Shown: in pieces, positions 1 through 8,763 of the stretch | Layout of the letters: each line of letters starts with the position of its first letter | How positions within the stretch are numbered: the first letter of the stretch is position 1 | IMG/VR virus record: IMGVR_UViG_3300030103_004582 | Coordinates: 62,001-99,870 of that record | Source: an uncultured virus (IMG/VR IMGVR_UViG_3300030103_004582) | Taxonomy: Duplodnaviria; Heunggongvirae; Uroviricota; Caudoviricetes | Reading direction: 5' to 3' (one strand) | Length of the DNA: 37,870 nt | The notes under the pieces: model-generated | Told to the model about the DNA's origin: nothing | Seen by the model: only the letters and a program-made list of their open reading frames with translations | The model's database searches: none | Program-made: the position numbers and the translations under genes

Positions 1-575
1 GCACCATATAAATTATTATCGAATTGTAAAGTAGTACCAACTAATGTCGCCGCATCTGTATAAGAATCCGCAGTTCCACCTGATAATGCGGATAAGTCTA
101 CATTGTAAAAATTAGAACCAAATACGTTATTATCAAATTGTAATACATTACCTACCAAAGTTACACCATCAGTATAAGAATCTTCTATAGTAAAACCACT
201 AATATTAATAGTATCACCACTACCATTTACTAAAGTTAATGTGCCAGCACTATATGTACCACCGGTAATTGCAGAACCAGATCCACCACCAAAATTAATC
301 TCTTCCCAGTCAGTTAAATCAAAATCCCAAGGATCTTTATCTTTTAGTTTAAAATATCTATCACCACCCTCAACACCTACAATCATACCAGCTCTACGGC
401 GCAATTCTGTTATAGTCTCACCACTTAGAACCTCTGTAGTAGTACCACTATAGTTTCTTAATCCATCAATACCTAATTGAGTGTCTATAACTGCATACTT
501 ATCATCAGTACTACCTGGTGATATAAATCCAGTAATTTTAACACCTCCTAAACCTCCATAATCAGTACCACTCAT
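1..575 (-). CDS. Ser/Thr/Gly-rich virion structural or tail-fibre-like protein, runs off the left edge
   Basis: Hand translation from ATG at 575: MSGTDYGGLGGVKITGFISPG...RRRAGMIVGV...; open to position 1; internal repeat DSYTDxxTLVGxxLQFDNNxxG present twice. Absent from the ORF track because no stop lies in the window. Confidence 0.75.
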   Translation of the reverse strand, partial: MSGTDYGGLGGVKITGFISPGSTDDKYAVIDTQLGIDGLRNYSGTTTEVLSGETITELRRRAGMIVGVEGGDRYFKLKDKDPWDFDLTDWEEINFGGGSGSAITGGTYSAGTLTLVNGSGDTINISGFTIEDSYTDGVTLVGNVLQFDNNVFGSNFYNVDLSALSGGTADSYTDAATLVGTTLQFDNNLYG

Positions 576-602
576 ATTTATTTATTTATTTTTTTCATTT
601 TA

Positions 603-2333
603 TTAATTACATAACCATGTGGTAAATGCTGCAGCCGTTTGGTTAACCGACCTATAAATTCTATAAGTCACCGATACAGTAAACGGATTTATTATTGTTA
701 TAGTTGGTAATTCAATAAAAGGTATATTATTACCAAAACATCCCGCAACAGAATCTCTAATATCTGATGGTTGCCCAAGAGTATTTGGAATACACCAATA
801 CATATATTCACCACCAGCAGTTGCTGGTTGGGTTACATAACTATTTACGACACTACTAACTAAACCTCCACCCGCTAAGGATTGCATTTGTGTTGCATTT
901 AAAGTAGCACTGACATTTTTACCAAAATACCATCGTATTTTCCAAGTTCTACTTATTGTTCTATTAAAAGTTCCACCTTGTGTGTTTATACCAAATATTT
1001 GATATAAATTTTTACTACCCACTGTTGTCCTACCCATTGCTGCAGTAGTAGTAACAGTTTGTGAACCATCGTTATCTTCAGAATTTGCAATAGTAAGAGA
1101 TGGATCAAGTTCTTTTATTTCTATACTACCTGCAATTCCAGATTCTACATTAACACTATTAGATGTACTCCAAGTAAAATTCTTACTTCCTGTAGTTATT
1201 GTTTCACCTACTTCGTAAACACTTTTAAGGTCTGCCCTATTAAAACTGGTAAATGAAGGTGGTTGGTAAGGATATAATAATTGATCCCACATTTGTTGCA
1301 TTGTTCTACCTGGTGGTGGAAATGTATTTCCTGCAAGTATACCACCTACCGTTTCTGTAGTAGAAGCAGTATTAATATAATTAGGTATTGTACCACCAGA
1401 TCCACCTGCCGCTGGTGCCCATACACCAGTACCATCTTCTTCGTCTTGTGTTAATACATAACCAATAGTTCCTAAAGATGCACCATCTCTTATTCTTATT
1501 TTATCAGTCGTTAATTTATTATCTATTGTGGCATCTTCCCTACTTCTTAAATAATCTAAAGGCCCTGTATAATCTAAAGATTTAGCAGAAAATTCTAAGT
1601 AAGTTGCACTTAAGAATCCTGTGTTCGCAGTAAAAGTTTGTGCACTAAGAGCTACACCATTTAATACCCCCACTGTTCCATCACCACTAATATCCAACGG
1701 ATCTAAAGTTGCACCACTGGCATTAGCAGTATCAACATTAAAATTATATTCAATACTATAACCACTATATTCTAATGCTATATTATGAGTACCATTAGTA
1801 CCTGATAATGTAATATCCCAAAACGGCCCTACAGTTATAGTACTATCAAGAAAAGTAGTTATACCAGTAATAAATGGATCTCCGTCCCCCCCTAAACTAC
1901 TTGTATTTGGGGTAATTCCAACAGGTATCTGAATAGCCGTTGTTGTATAAAGTGGGTTAGTCCAAGTCAAAGAACTATATGGAATTTCATCTGTTGTTAT
2001 ACCACTTAAATAAGATGGGATAAAGTTAGGAGATGTAGGATCAGTAACATTATAATTAGAAAATAACGAATTTCCACTAAAAATTGCAGTTTGTAAATCA
2101 CCATCATTAGGATTTAATAATACAATACTATNNNNNNNNNNACTAAAAACTGCAGATTGACTATCAACAACACCCAAAGAACCTAAAGTTGTTAAATCAG
2201 GACCAGTAGGATAACCACTAAATGGTATACCAGCCTGTATTTTACCATCGAAACAAGCAGTATTACCTGTTAATATAGTTGCTTGTCTCGCTAAGTCTAC
2301 TTGGGTTATTAATTTCTTTTCACAATCCGACAT
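603..2333 (-). CDS. Virion structural protein, fibre- or decoration-like; contains an N gap
   Basis: 576-aa Thr/Gly/Ser-rich ORF with a GYVLTQDEEDGTGVWAP segment typical of fibre proteins; late-type motif upstream; gap at 2132-2141. Confidence 0.65.
   Translation of the reverse strand: MSDCEKKLITQVDLARQATILTGNTACFDGKIQAGIPFSGYPTGPDLTTLGSLGVVDSQSAVFSXXXXSIVLLNPNDGDLQTAIFSGNSLFSNYNVTDPTSPNFIPSYLSGITTDEIPYSSLTWTNPLYTTTAIQIPVGITPNTSSLGGDGDPFITGITTFLDSTITVGPFWDITLSGTNGTHNIALEYSGYSIEYNFNVDTANASGATLDPLDISGDGTVGVLNGVALSAQTFTANTGFLSATYLEFSAKSLDYTGPLDYLRSREDATIDNKLTTDKIRIRDGASLGTIGYVLTQDEEDGTGVWAPAAGGSGGTIPNYINTASTTETVGGILAGNTFPPPGRTMQQMWDQLLYPYQPPSFTSFNRADLKSVYEVGETITTGSKNFTWSTSNSVNVESGIAGSIEIKELDPSLTIANSEDNDGSQTVTTTAAMGRTTVGSKNLYQIFGINTQGGTFNRTISRTWKIRWYFGKNVSATLNATQMQSLAGGGLVSSVVNSYVTQPATAGGEYMYWCIPNTLGQPSDIRDSVAGCFGNNIPFIELPTITIINPFTVSVTYRIYRSVNQTAAAFTTWLCN
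2132..2141. other. Assembly scaffold gap (10 N)
   Basis: Run of 10 N. Confidence 0.99.
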
Positions 2334-2349
2334 ATTTTTACCTTTAATA

Positions 2350-2379
2350 ATAAATATTTAGTTTTCTGTTATATTTATA
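2350..2379. promoter_or_regulatory. Divergent pair of putative late promoters (TATTTAT on each coding strand)
   Basis: Minus strand TATTTAT at 2350-2356 precedes ATG 2333; plus strand TATTTATA at 2372-2379 precedes ATG 2395. Confidence 0.7.
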
Positions 2380-2394
2380 TAAAAAACTTTAAAC

Positions 2395-3222
2395 ATGAAT
2401 AAAACATATAAAAAGTCCGATATACATAAATATATTGAGGAAAAGAAAAATGTGGTTGAAGAGGAAGAAGTTAATGAATTAGTTGATACTGCTGGTGCAT
2501 TAATAAATAAAGATGATAACTATAAAGTAACACCTTCAGTTATAAAATCTAAAAAAACTAGTGATGATTTTGCTAGAGCGGCTACACAAGGTCCAGAAGC
2601 ATATTTTATTTATGGTGGTCCGTATTATGGGATTAATTATAGTTATGTTGTAAATGAAGAAGAAAATATAGATGAAAATATTTCTCATGAAGCATTACAA
2701 GATTTAGATGCGTTTCATAATACAAAGAAAAAATATAGTAGAGATGAAAGAGAAATAGGTAGAAAAATTGCTAAAAAAGATATTAGTAAACACTACCATA
2801 AACCAAAAGCACCGGGATATGATTTAGATCCTTCTGAAGATTGGGCAAATTATCAAATACCTTATGATACCGAATTTAATTTTGATTTTTTAGAAGAAAA
2901 TAAAATGAAAGGTTTAGTAGATGAAATGTTTTTATCTAAAAAAACAGATAAAGGTATAATTAAAAAAACTAATGAACAAGATCTAGTTGGTGATAAATTA
3001 GAAATCGCAGATATTAGTGAATTAAAAAAAACTTTTGAAAAACCTATGGTTATTCATAAATTAAACCATTTACTTAAATTAGTAGAAAAAGAAGAGTTAA
3101 ATGGTGAAGAATTAGCAATACTTCTCAACCACCTAATTAAAAATGTTGAGGTAGAAGAAATTAGTGAAAAACATAGAGAAATTTTAGGGGATAAGATTAA
3201 ATATGGCGAACAGGAAGGATAA
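2395..3222 (+). CDS. Hypothetical acidic late protein, possible head core or internal protein
   Basis: 275-aa Glu/Lys-rich ORF with several [L/I/V]-x-E motifs; follows a late motif. Confidence 0.7.
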   Translation: MNKTYKKSDIHKYIEEKKNVVEEEEVNELVDTAGALINKDDNYKVTPSVIKSKKTSDDFARAATQGPEAYFIYGGPYYGINYSYVVNEEENIDENISHEALQDLDAFHNTKKKYSRDEREIGRKIAKKDISKHYHKPKAPGYDLDPSEDWANYQIPYDTEFNFDFLEENKMKGLVDEMFLSKKTDKGIIKKTNEQDLVGDKLEIADISELKKTFEKPMVIHKLNHLLKLVEKEELNGEELAILLNHLIKNVEVEEISEKHREILGDKIKYGEQEG

Positions 3223-3739
3223 TAAAGGTGGTAACAGTGAGTTACGTGGTAAACATTGGTCATGTCCTGAATATGTTACTAATGCACTCAGTACTGCAGT
3301 AGATAGATATGAATCTTTAAATAAAGGGGGTAAAACTACTGAAGGTTATAAAAGAGCTAAAGGAATATTACAAAATAATCTTATAGAATATTCACAAATG
3401 AAAAGAATTAAAAACTGGTTCGATTCTTTTGAAGGTAGTAATGATGATATGGAATATAGATTGAATGGTGGTAAAACAATGCATAATTGGGTTGATTCTA
3501 CATTAAACAAAGAAACTGAAGCTATTAAAGCACCTAAAAAAATAAAAATGGAAACAGGAATAACCAATCAATTTATTAAGTCTCATAATAAAGATGTTAA
3601 TAAAGTTAATAGGGAAACTTTAAAAATAAAGTTACCTAAAATACACAAAGATATAAGTGGACAAATTTCAAGAGGTAAACCAGTTTATGAAGAAGTAAAA
3701 AAAATAAAAAAATTAATAACGTATAAGTATAAAAAATAA
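3203..3739 (+). CDS. Conserved hypothetical phage protein
   Basis: 178 aa; GKTTEGYKRA...MKRIKNWF...LNGG...W resembles the GTxxGxxRA...RMxSF...WGG helical domain of phage head-associated proteins (from recall). Confidence 0.65.
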   Translation: MANRKDNKGGNSELRGKHWSCPEYVTNALSTAVDRYESLNKGGKTTEGYKRAKGILQNNLIEYSQMKRIKNWFDSFEGSNDDMEYRLNGGKTMHNWVDSTLNKETEAIKAPKKIKMETGITNQFIKSHNKDVNKVNRETLKIKLPKIHKDISGQISRGKPVYEEVKKIKKLITYKYKK

Positions 3740-3743
3740 AAAA

Positions 3744-4058
3744 ATGGCAAGTAAATTAGAAGAATTAGGTAAACAATTCAGAACAGACAATATAATCAAA
3801 AATACTTATCAGAATGGTGAAGGAAACCAATATGGAGCTAAACACCCTAATGCTAAATCAGATGGGGATAATAAAGGTAAAGGTACAGGCAATTTTTTAG
3901 ATACATATAATGGTGGTTCATTAAGTGATGAAATAGGTTCATCTAACGAACCAGGTTCTGGTAGAATTGCGAATATTGCAAAAAATAAGTATAGTGCAGA
4001 AAAACCATATGAGACACCATCAACAGATGATAATAAAAATCAATTTAAAGCTACTTAA
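3744..4058 (+). CDS. Hypothetical Gly/Asn-rich small protein
   Basis: 104-aa ORF tightly packed in the operon. Confidence 0.7.
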   Translation: MASKLEELGKQFRTDNIIKNTYQNGEGNQYGAKHPNAKSDGDNKGKGTGNFLDTYNGGSLSDEIGSSNEPGSGRIANIAKNKYSAEKPYETPSTDDNKNQFKAT

Positions 4059-4064
4059 ATCATA

Positions 4065-4433
4065 ATGAAACTTTACAATTTAGCAGAAAGTCTTATATTA
4101 GAAGTTGCCGCTAAGGGTGACATAATGAATGCTATGCGTAAACGTAGGATTATTGAATTAAACTATGACGATGAAGAAGATCCAGGTGGAAAAGGAAAAA
4201 GATGGATACAAATATATTGTTATGGCGTATCTAAAGCGGGAAATGAAGTAATTAGGGTGTATCAAGTAGGTGGAGACACTAAAACAATACAACCAGGATG
4301 GAAATTATTTAGAACTGATAGGATGGAAAATATGAGAACATTAGGGGGAACATTTAACGAAGCTAAACCACTATTTAACCCAACAGGAGATAAAGATATG
4401 ACAAACATATATTATATAACAAAATTTGAATAA
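4065..4433 (+). CDS. Stand-alone WYL-domain protein
   Basis: AMRKRRIIELNY...KRWIQIYCYG...WKLFRTDRM matches the WYL pattern A.....I...Y...R.I.P..L...R.FR.DRI; no HTH domain. Confidence 0.75.
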   Translation: MKLYNLAESLILEVAAKGDIMNAMRKRRIIELNYDDEEDPGGKGKRWIQIYCYGVSKAGNEVIRVYQVGGDTKTIQPGWKLFRTDRMENMRTLGGTFNEAKPLFNPTGDKDMTNIYYITKFE

Positions 4434-4442
4434 AAAAATATT

Positions 4443-5003
4443 ATGAGTAGCGCTAACAAATTGGTAGATATATTAAGTAGATCTAAAGCGGTAATGCAAA
4501 AAACCGATGAAAATCACGGAACTACTATTAGAAACACACAAAGTAATAACTCTTTTTCTGGTGAAGAAAAAGAAATGCCTAACTTAACAGAAAATTATAT
4601 TAGTAGACATTCTAAAAGTAGTACGAGATCAGTAGCACCACAAGGGGGACAATATAGAAATTTAAAAACCTCTAAGATGCCTAAAGAAGTATTAGATGCA
4701 ATGGTAAACAACCCAATAGAGATTCCTGAGTCTCCTAATCATACTTTTGAATTGGCAGATGTACAAGATTTAGTAAATGAAAGTGTACCTACACAACAAC
4801 CATTACCAACACCTACACCTAACTATGAAACTAATGATATTAGACAAATAGTTAGAGAAGAGATAGGGGATGTAGTTAGAGAGGTTGTAGAAGAGTATTT
4901 AGATAAATCTTTAGTAACTGAAGATATTAAAATCAAAATAGGTGATACAATATTCGGTGGTAAATTAAAACCACTACCAACAAAAAAGAAAAAAAGAGTA
5001 TAA
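4443..5003 (+). CDS. Hypothetical protein
   Basis: 186-aa ORF, last gene before the terminator. Confidence 0.75.
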   Translation: MSSANKLVDILSRSKAVMQKTDENHGTTIRNTQSNNSFSGEEKEMPNLTENYISRHSKSSTRSVAPQGGQYRNLKTSKMPKEVLDAMVNNPIEIPESPNHTFELADVQDLVNESVPTQQPLPTPTPNYETNDIRQIVREEIGDVVREVVEEYLDKSLVTEDIKIKIGDTIFGGKLKPLPTKKKKRV

Positions 5004-5007
5004 AAAG

Positions 5008-5031
5008 AAACCCTCCGAAGAGGGTTTTTTT
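5008..5031. terminator. Intrinsic terminator between convergent genes, probably bidirectional
   Basis: AAACCCTC-CGAA-GAGGGTTT followed by a T run, with an A-rich run on the other side. Confidence 0.85.
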
Positions 5032-5596
5032 ATTTTAAACTATTTTCTAAATCTTCTTTTCCTTCGACAATTTGTGATTTTGCCAACCAAAAAGTTAAAT
5101 CTCCAATTTTATCAATTTTCATTTTAAGTAGTTTCTTATAAACTGCAACATCTAATTCATTCTTTACATATGGTATACCTAATGTTTTGGAACAAACTGG
5201 TCCTACACCAGTCGCCTGTGATCTCCAATCCGTTAAATCTCTACCACACACTCTACAAGATGAAACATCTGAAACAGTTAGTTTACCAACTACTTGATAC
5301 GCTCTTTCAGTCTCTTTCAAAACCTTACTAATAGTCATTAAAAAAGGTCTAAACTCTAATTCATTCTCTTCCGCAACTCTCTTAGCGATAAAGTTAGTGA
5401 TTTTAATGTCCACATTAACCTCTTTAGGTTGTTGTGTTTGAGTTGGGTTATTAAGTTTAGTAAAAAACTTACCCGCCGCATAAAGTTGTCTTTCTGTCAA
5501 TGACCCATACTTTTTTAATCCATTCTGTAGTGAATTAATAAATCCGTTATTACCGTTGTAATTTTGTACTCTGATTGTTATTTCTGAATTTCCCAT
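5030..5596 (-). CDS. DUF6011-like Cys-motif protein, early gene
   Basis: CRVCGRDLTDWRSQATGVGPVC matches CxxCGRxLTDxxSxxxGxGPxC. Confidence 0.75.
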   Translation of the reverse strand: MGNSEITIRVQNYNGNNGFINSLQNGLKKYGSLTERQLYAAGKFFTKLNNPTQTQQPKEVNVDIKITNFIAKRVAEENELEFRPFLMTISKVLKETERAYQVVGKLTVSDVSSCRVCGRDLTDWRSQATGVGPVCSKTLGIPYVKNELDVAVYKKLLKMKIDKIGDLTFWLAKSQIVEGKEDLENSLK

Positions 5597-5616
5597 AGTT
5601 ATTTGATTTGATATTG

Positions 5617-5647
5617 TAAAGATACAAAAAATTTTTAAACTGCCAAA
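5617..5647 (-). promoter_or_regulatory. Bacteroidota-type host sigma promoter
   Basis: TTTG-N19-TATCTTTA, against the consensus TTTG-N19-21-TAnnTTTG. Confidence 0.7.
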
Positions 5648-5665
5648 CTTTTTATAAGTTTTTTT

Positions 5666-5950
5666 TTAATGTACGGTTACATCATGCTCGTGTTTAGGAT
5701 ATGTATCTATATCTTTACAGATATTTAAAATCTTTTCATATAAACCCATTTTTTGACTTTTAATGGTTTCCATATCTTCGTGTGAACGAATTTTATCTGA
5801 GTAGTCAAAACCGTCATACAAACCGTATAACATATTACCTACACCACCAAAAGGACTAACACCATCTATACCGAATAGTTCTGTTGTTGCCTCACCAATA
5901 CTTCTTAGGGTTTCTTTACCCATACATGCGTGTCTATCAAAATATTTCAT
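5666..5950 (-). CDS. Hypothetical early protein
   Basis: 94-aa ORF with its own promoter. Confidence 0.7.
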   Translation of the reverse strand: MKYFDRHACMGKETLRSIGEATTELFGIDGVSPFGGVGNMLYGLYDGFDYSDKIRSHEDMETIKSQKMGLYEKILNICKDIDTYPKHEHDVTVH

Positions 5951-5971
5951 AGTTGTTTAATTTTTATAATA

Positions 5972-6003
5972 CTAAAGTACAAAAAATTTTTTAAACTACC
6001 AAA
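5972..6003 (-). promoter_or_regulatory. Host-type promoter, near-duplicate of 5617-5647
   Basis: TTTGGTAGTTTAAAAAATTTTTTGTACTTTAG versus TTTGGCAGTTTAAAAATTTTTTGTATCTTTA. Confidence 0.65.
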
Positions 6004-6067
6004 ATTTCTTAAAAAAAAACTTTAGTTTATTAGTTTTATTGATTATATTTTAATAAAATTTAAAAAC

Positions 6068-7327
6068 ATGTCAAAAATTAAAGTATTAGTAGTACCCAGT
6101 GATAGAACAGGTGTATCTTATTATCGTTCTACAATTCCACACATAAAATTACAAGAATATTATCCTAACGATTTTTATGTCGATATAGATTATACACCAG
6201 ATTTAAAAAATGATGAATTTTTAAAACAATATGATTTAATTCACTATCATAGAACTTTAGGTTCGTATGAAGAAATAGAATCAGTTTTAAAAAGATGTGA
6301 CGAATTAGGGGTTACAACTATTATGGATATTGATGATCATTGGTCACCAGGTCCCGATCACCCCGCATGGGCGATTATAAAACAACAAAACTTAAATAAA
6401 AAAATTGCTGATAATTTAAAAGTTTCTAGAAATATAACTACTACCACACCTATATTTGCAAAAGAAATAAGTAAATTTAATGAAAATGTATTTGTTTTAC
6501 CTAATGCAATTAACCCTAATGAAAAACAATACCAAAGTAATAGCGAAAAAAGTGATAGAGTTAGAATTGGTTGGTTAGGTGGATCTTCACACTTAAAAGA
6601 TTTAGAGATTTTAAATGGTGTAGTAAGTAATATAAAATCTGCAGGATTAATAGATAAAGTCCAATTTGTATTATGTGGATATGATTTAAGAGGTACTATG
6701 ACTGTAATAGATAAACAAACAGGAAAACAAAAACAAAGACCTATTAAACCAAAAGAAAGTGTATGGTATAAATATGAAAAAATATTTACTGATAATTACA
6801 AAATTATTAGTCCTGAATATAAAGACTTTTTATTAAAGTTTGAGAAGGGTGAGTATGAAAATGTTAGTAATGAACCTTATAGAAGAATATGGACTAAACC
6901 TATAACAACATATGCATCCAACTACAATTTATTTGATGTGTCTTTAGCACCATTAAAAGAGAGTGAATTTAATAGAGTAAAGTCTCAATTAAAAGTAATT
7001 GAGGCAGGATTTCATCGAAAAGCATTAATTGGTCAGGATTTCGGACCATATCAAATAGATATAAATAATGCTTATGAAAAAGGAGGTAATTTTAACACTA
7101 ATGATTGTAACGGTATTTTAATACCTGAAAATAAAAATCATAAATTTTGGTTTAAACATATAAAATATCTTATTGAGAATCCTAACGAAATTAAAAAGTT
7201 AGGGGATAATCTTTATAATACAGTAAACGGTAAATATGATATGAAATCTGTTTGTGAAAAAAGAGCTTTACTATATAAATCTTTGGTTGGTAAAAAAGAA
7301 TTAAAAGAATTTGACGTTGTAAAATAA
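6068..7327 (+). CDS. GT-B fold glycosyltransferase (GT4-like)
   Basis: GVSYYR..P, MDIDD.W, VLPNAI, RIGWLGGSSHLKDL, DVSLAPL...FNRVKSQLKVIEAG. Confidence 0.85.
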   Translation: MSKIKVLVVPSDRTGVSYYRSTIPHIKLQEYYPNDFYVDIDYTPDLKNDEFLKQYDLIHYHRTLGSYEEIESVLKRCDELGVTTIMDIDDHWSPGPDHPAWAIIKQQNLNKKIADNLKVSRNITTTTPIFAKEISKFNENVFVLPNAINPNEKQYQSNSEKSDRVRIGWLGGSSHLKDLEILNGVVSNIKSAGLIDKVQFVLCGYDLRGTMTVIDKQTGKQKQRPIKPKESVWYKYEKIFTDNYKIISPEYKDFLLKFEKGEYENVSNEPYRRIWTKPITTYASNYNLFDVSLAPLKESEFNRVKSQLKVIEAGFHRKALIGQDFGPYQIDINNAYEKGGNFNTNDCNGILIPENKNHKFWFKHIKYLIENPNEIKKLGDNLYNTVNGKYDMKSVCEKRALLYKSLVGKKELKEFDVVK

Positions 7328-7341
7328 ATTCATTATTTTTA
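7310..7341 (+). promoter_or_regulatory. Host-type promoter upstream of the HD-like gene
   Basis: TTTG-N20-TATTTTTA, 15 nt before ATG 7357. Confidence 0.55.
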
Positions 7342-7356
7342 ATAAAAATTAAAATT

Positions 7357-7938
7357 ATGTCAAAAACAATAGAATTAAAAGATAAAATATTAAAAAACAA
7401 ACAAACATTTTTAGAAAAAAATGAATTGTATGGAATCTTAAATAAAGAGTTATTAGATTATTTGGGTGAAGATTTATTAACGGCACCCGCATCAACTATG
7501 ACATCTTTACATAATGCATTTCCTGGCGGTTTAATTGATCATGTACTTAAAACTACTAAATATGCAATAGGTATCAATAAACTATTACCTGATAGTATAT
7601 CTGTGGACGCACAATCCATAGTAAAAGTATGTTTTCTACACCAAATAGGTAAAACATTTCTTTATAAATGGTGTGAATCAGAGTGGCATAGGAATAATCA
7701 AGGAAAAATGTACGAATTCAACGAAGAATTAATTTCGATGAAAATAGGTGAAAGATCAGTTTATTATGCTATGAAATATGGTATTAAGTTAAGTGAAGAA
7801 GAATATCAGGCAATAGTAAATTATGATAAACCTGAAGATGACAAACAATCTAAGTGGTATGGTAGTACACTATCTACTATTTTAAAACAAGCTAATGAAT
7901 TGGCAATAATAGAAGAAAAAAATAACAATAATGAGTGA
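7357..7938 (+). CDS. YhaM-like HD-domain protein with HD changed to HQ
   Basis: APAS...HNAFPGGLIDH...FLHQIGK, against canonical PAA..HHA..GGL..H...LHDIGK. Confidence 0.75.
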   Translation: MSKTIELKDKILKNKQTFLEKNELYGILNKELLDYLGEDLLTAPASTMTSLHNAFPGGLIDHVLKTTKYAIGINKLLPDSISVDAQSIVKVCFLHQIGKTFLYKWCESEWHRNNQGKMYEFNEELISMKIGERSVYYAMKYGIKLSEEEYQAIVNYDKPEDDKQSKWYGSTLSTILKQANELAIIEEKNNNNE

Positions 7939-8602
7939 AGACATATTGAATGAGGATTTAGAAGATAAAAGTATTGAGGAACTAACTCAGATTTTAGAAA
8001 ATATAAGTAGTGTTGTAAATGATTATAGTGGTATTGAAAGATCTACAGATGAAATTCAAAATGATTTAAATGAACTTAATCAAGTAGTAGATCATTATAA
8101 AAATTTAAATGGTGGAACATTTAATGTAACAAATCCACCATTATTTGGTGTAATGAAAAATGTTACTAAATTTAATAATAGAAGTAATAATGCTGATCCT
8201 ATTTATGCACATGTAGGTGATAGCGGTTTTGATATAAGAGCGTCTTTGAAAGATCCTGTCATTTTAAAACCTTTAGAAAGAAAATTAATTAGTACCGGTT
8301 TAAGTTTTGAGTTATCACCTAATACTGAATTACAAATCAGACCTAGAAGTGGAATGGCACTTAAACATGGTATTACAGTATTAAATACGCCTGGTACAGT
8401 AGATGAAGGATATAGAGGTGATGTTGGTGTGATATTAGTTAATTTAAGTAATGAAAAATATACTGTTAATGATGGTGATAGAATTGCTCAGGGAGTTATT
8501 ATGAACGTAATTGGACAAAACATTTCAGATTTAGTTAATAGTAATAATTTGAGTGAAACCAAAAGGGGAGGCGATGGATTTGGTTCTACCGGCAAAAAAT
8601 AA
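7931..8602 (+). CDS. dut: Trimeric dUTPase with N-terminal extension
   Basis: GDSGFDI, RPRSGMA, NTPGTVDEGYRG, GDRIAQ, RGGDGFGSTG (motifs I-V). Confidence 0.95.
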   Translation: MSEDILNEDLEDKSIEELTQILENISSVVNDYSGIERSTDEIQNDLNELNQVVDHYKNLNGGTFNVTNPPLFGVMKNVTKFNNRSNNADPIYAHVGDSGFDIRASLKDPVILKPLERKLISTGLSFELSPNTELQIRPRSGMALKHGITVLNTPGTVDEGYRGDVGVILVNLSNEKYTVNDGDRIAQGVIMNVIGQNISDLVNSNNLSETKRGGDGFGSTGKK

Positions 8603-8607
8603 AATAA

Positions 8608-8763
8608 ATGAATAAAAAAAATAAATCTGATTTATTAAGAGAGATAAGGAGAGTTAAGTTAGAAATTATTATGGGTGATCGTAATGGACATATGATGTCT
8701 AAAGATTACGAAAAAAAATTACTAAAATTAGAAGAAGAACTAAAAAAAATCGAAGATGATTAG
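8608..8763 (+). CDS. Small 51-aa hypothetical protein
   Basis: Hand translation MNKKNKSDLLREIRRVKLEIIMGDRNGHMMSKDYEKKLLKLEEELKKIEDD*; fills the gap between dut and the next gene. Confidence 0.6.
   Translation: MNKKNKSDLLREIRRVKLEIIMGDRNGHMMSKDYEKKLLKLEEELKKIEDD

Noticed and set aside
6010..6067. Promoter for the first GT gene
   Set aside because: A promoter is expected here, but only weak matches to either motif are present in very AT-rich sequence.
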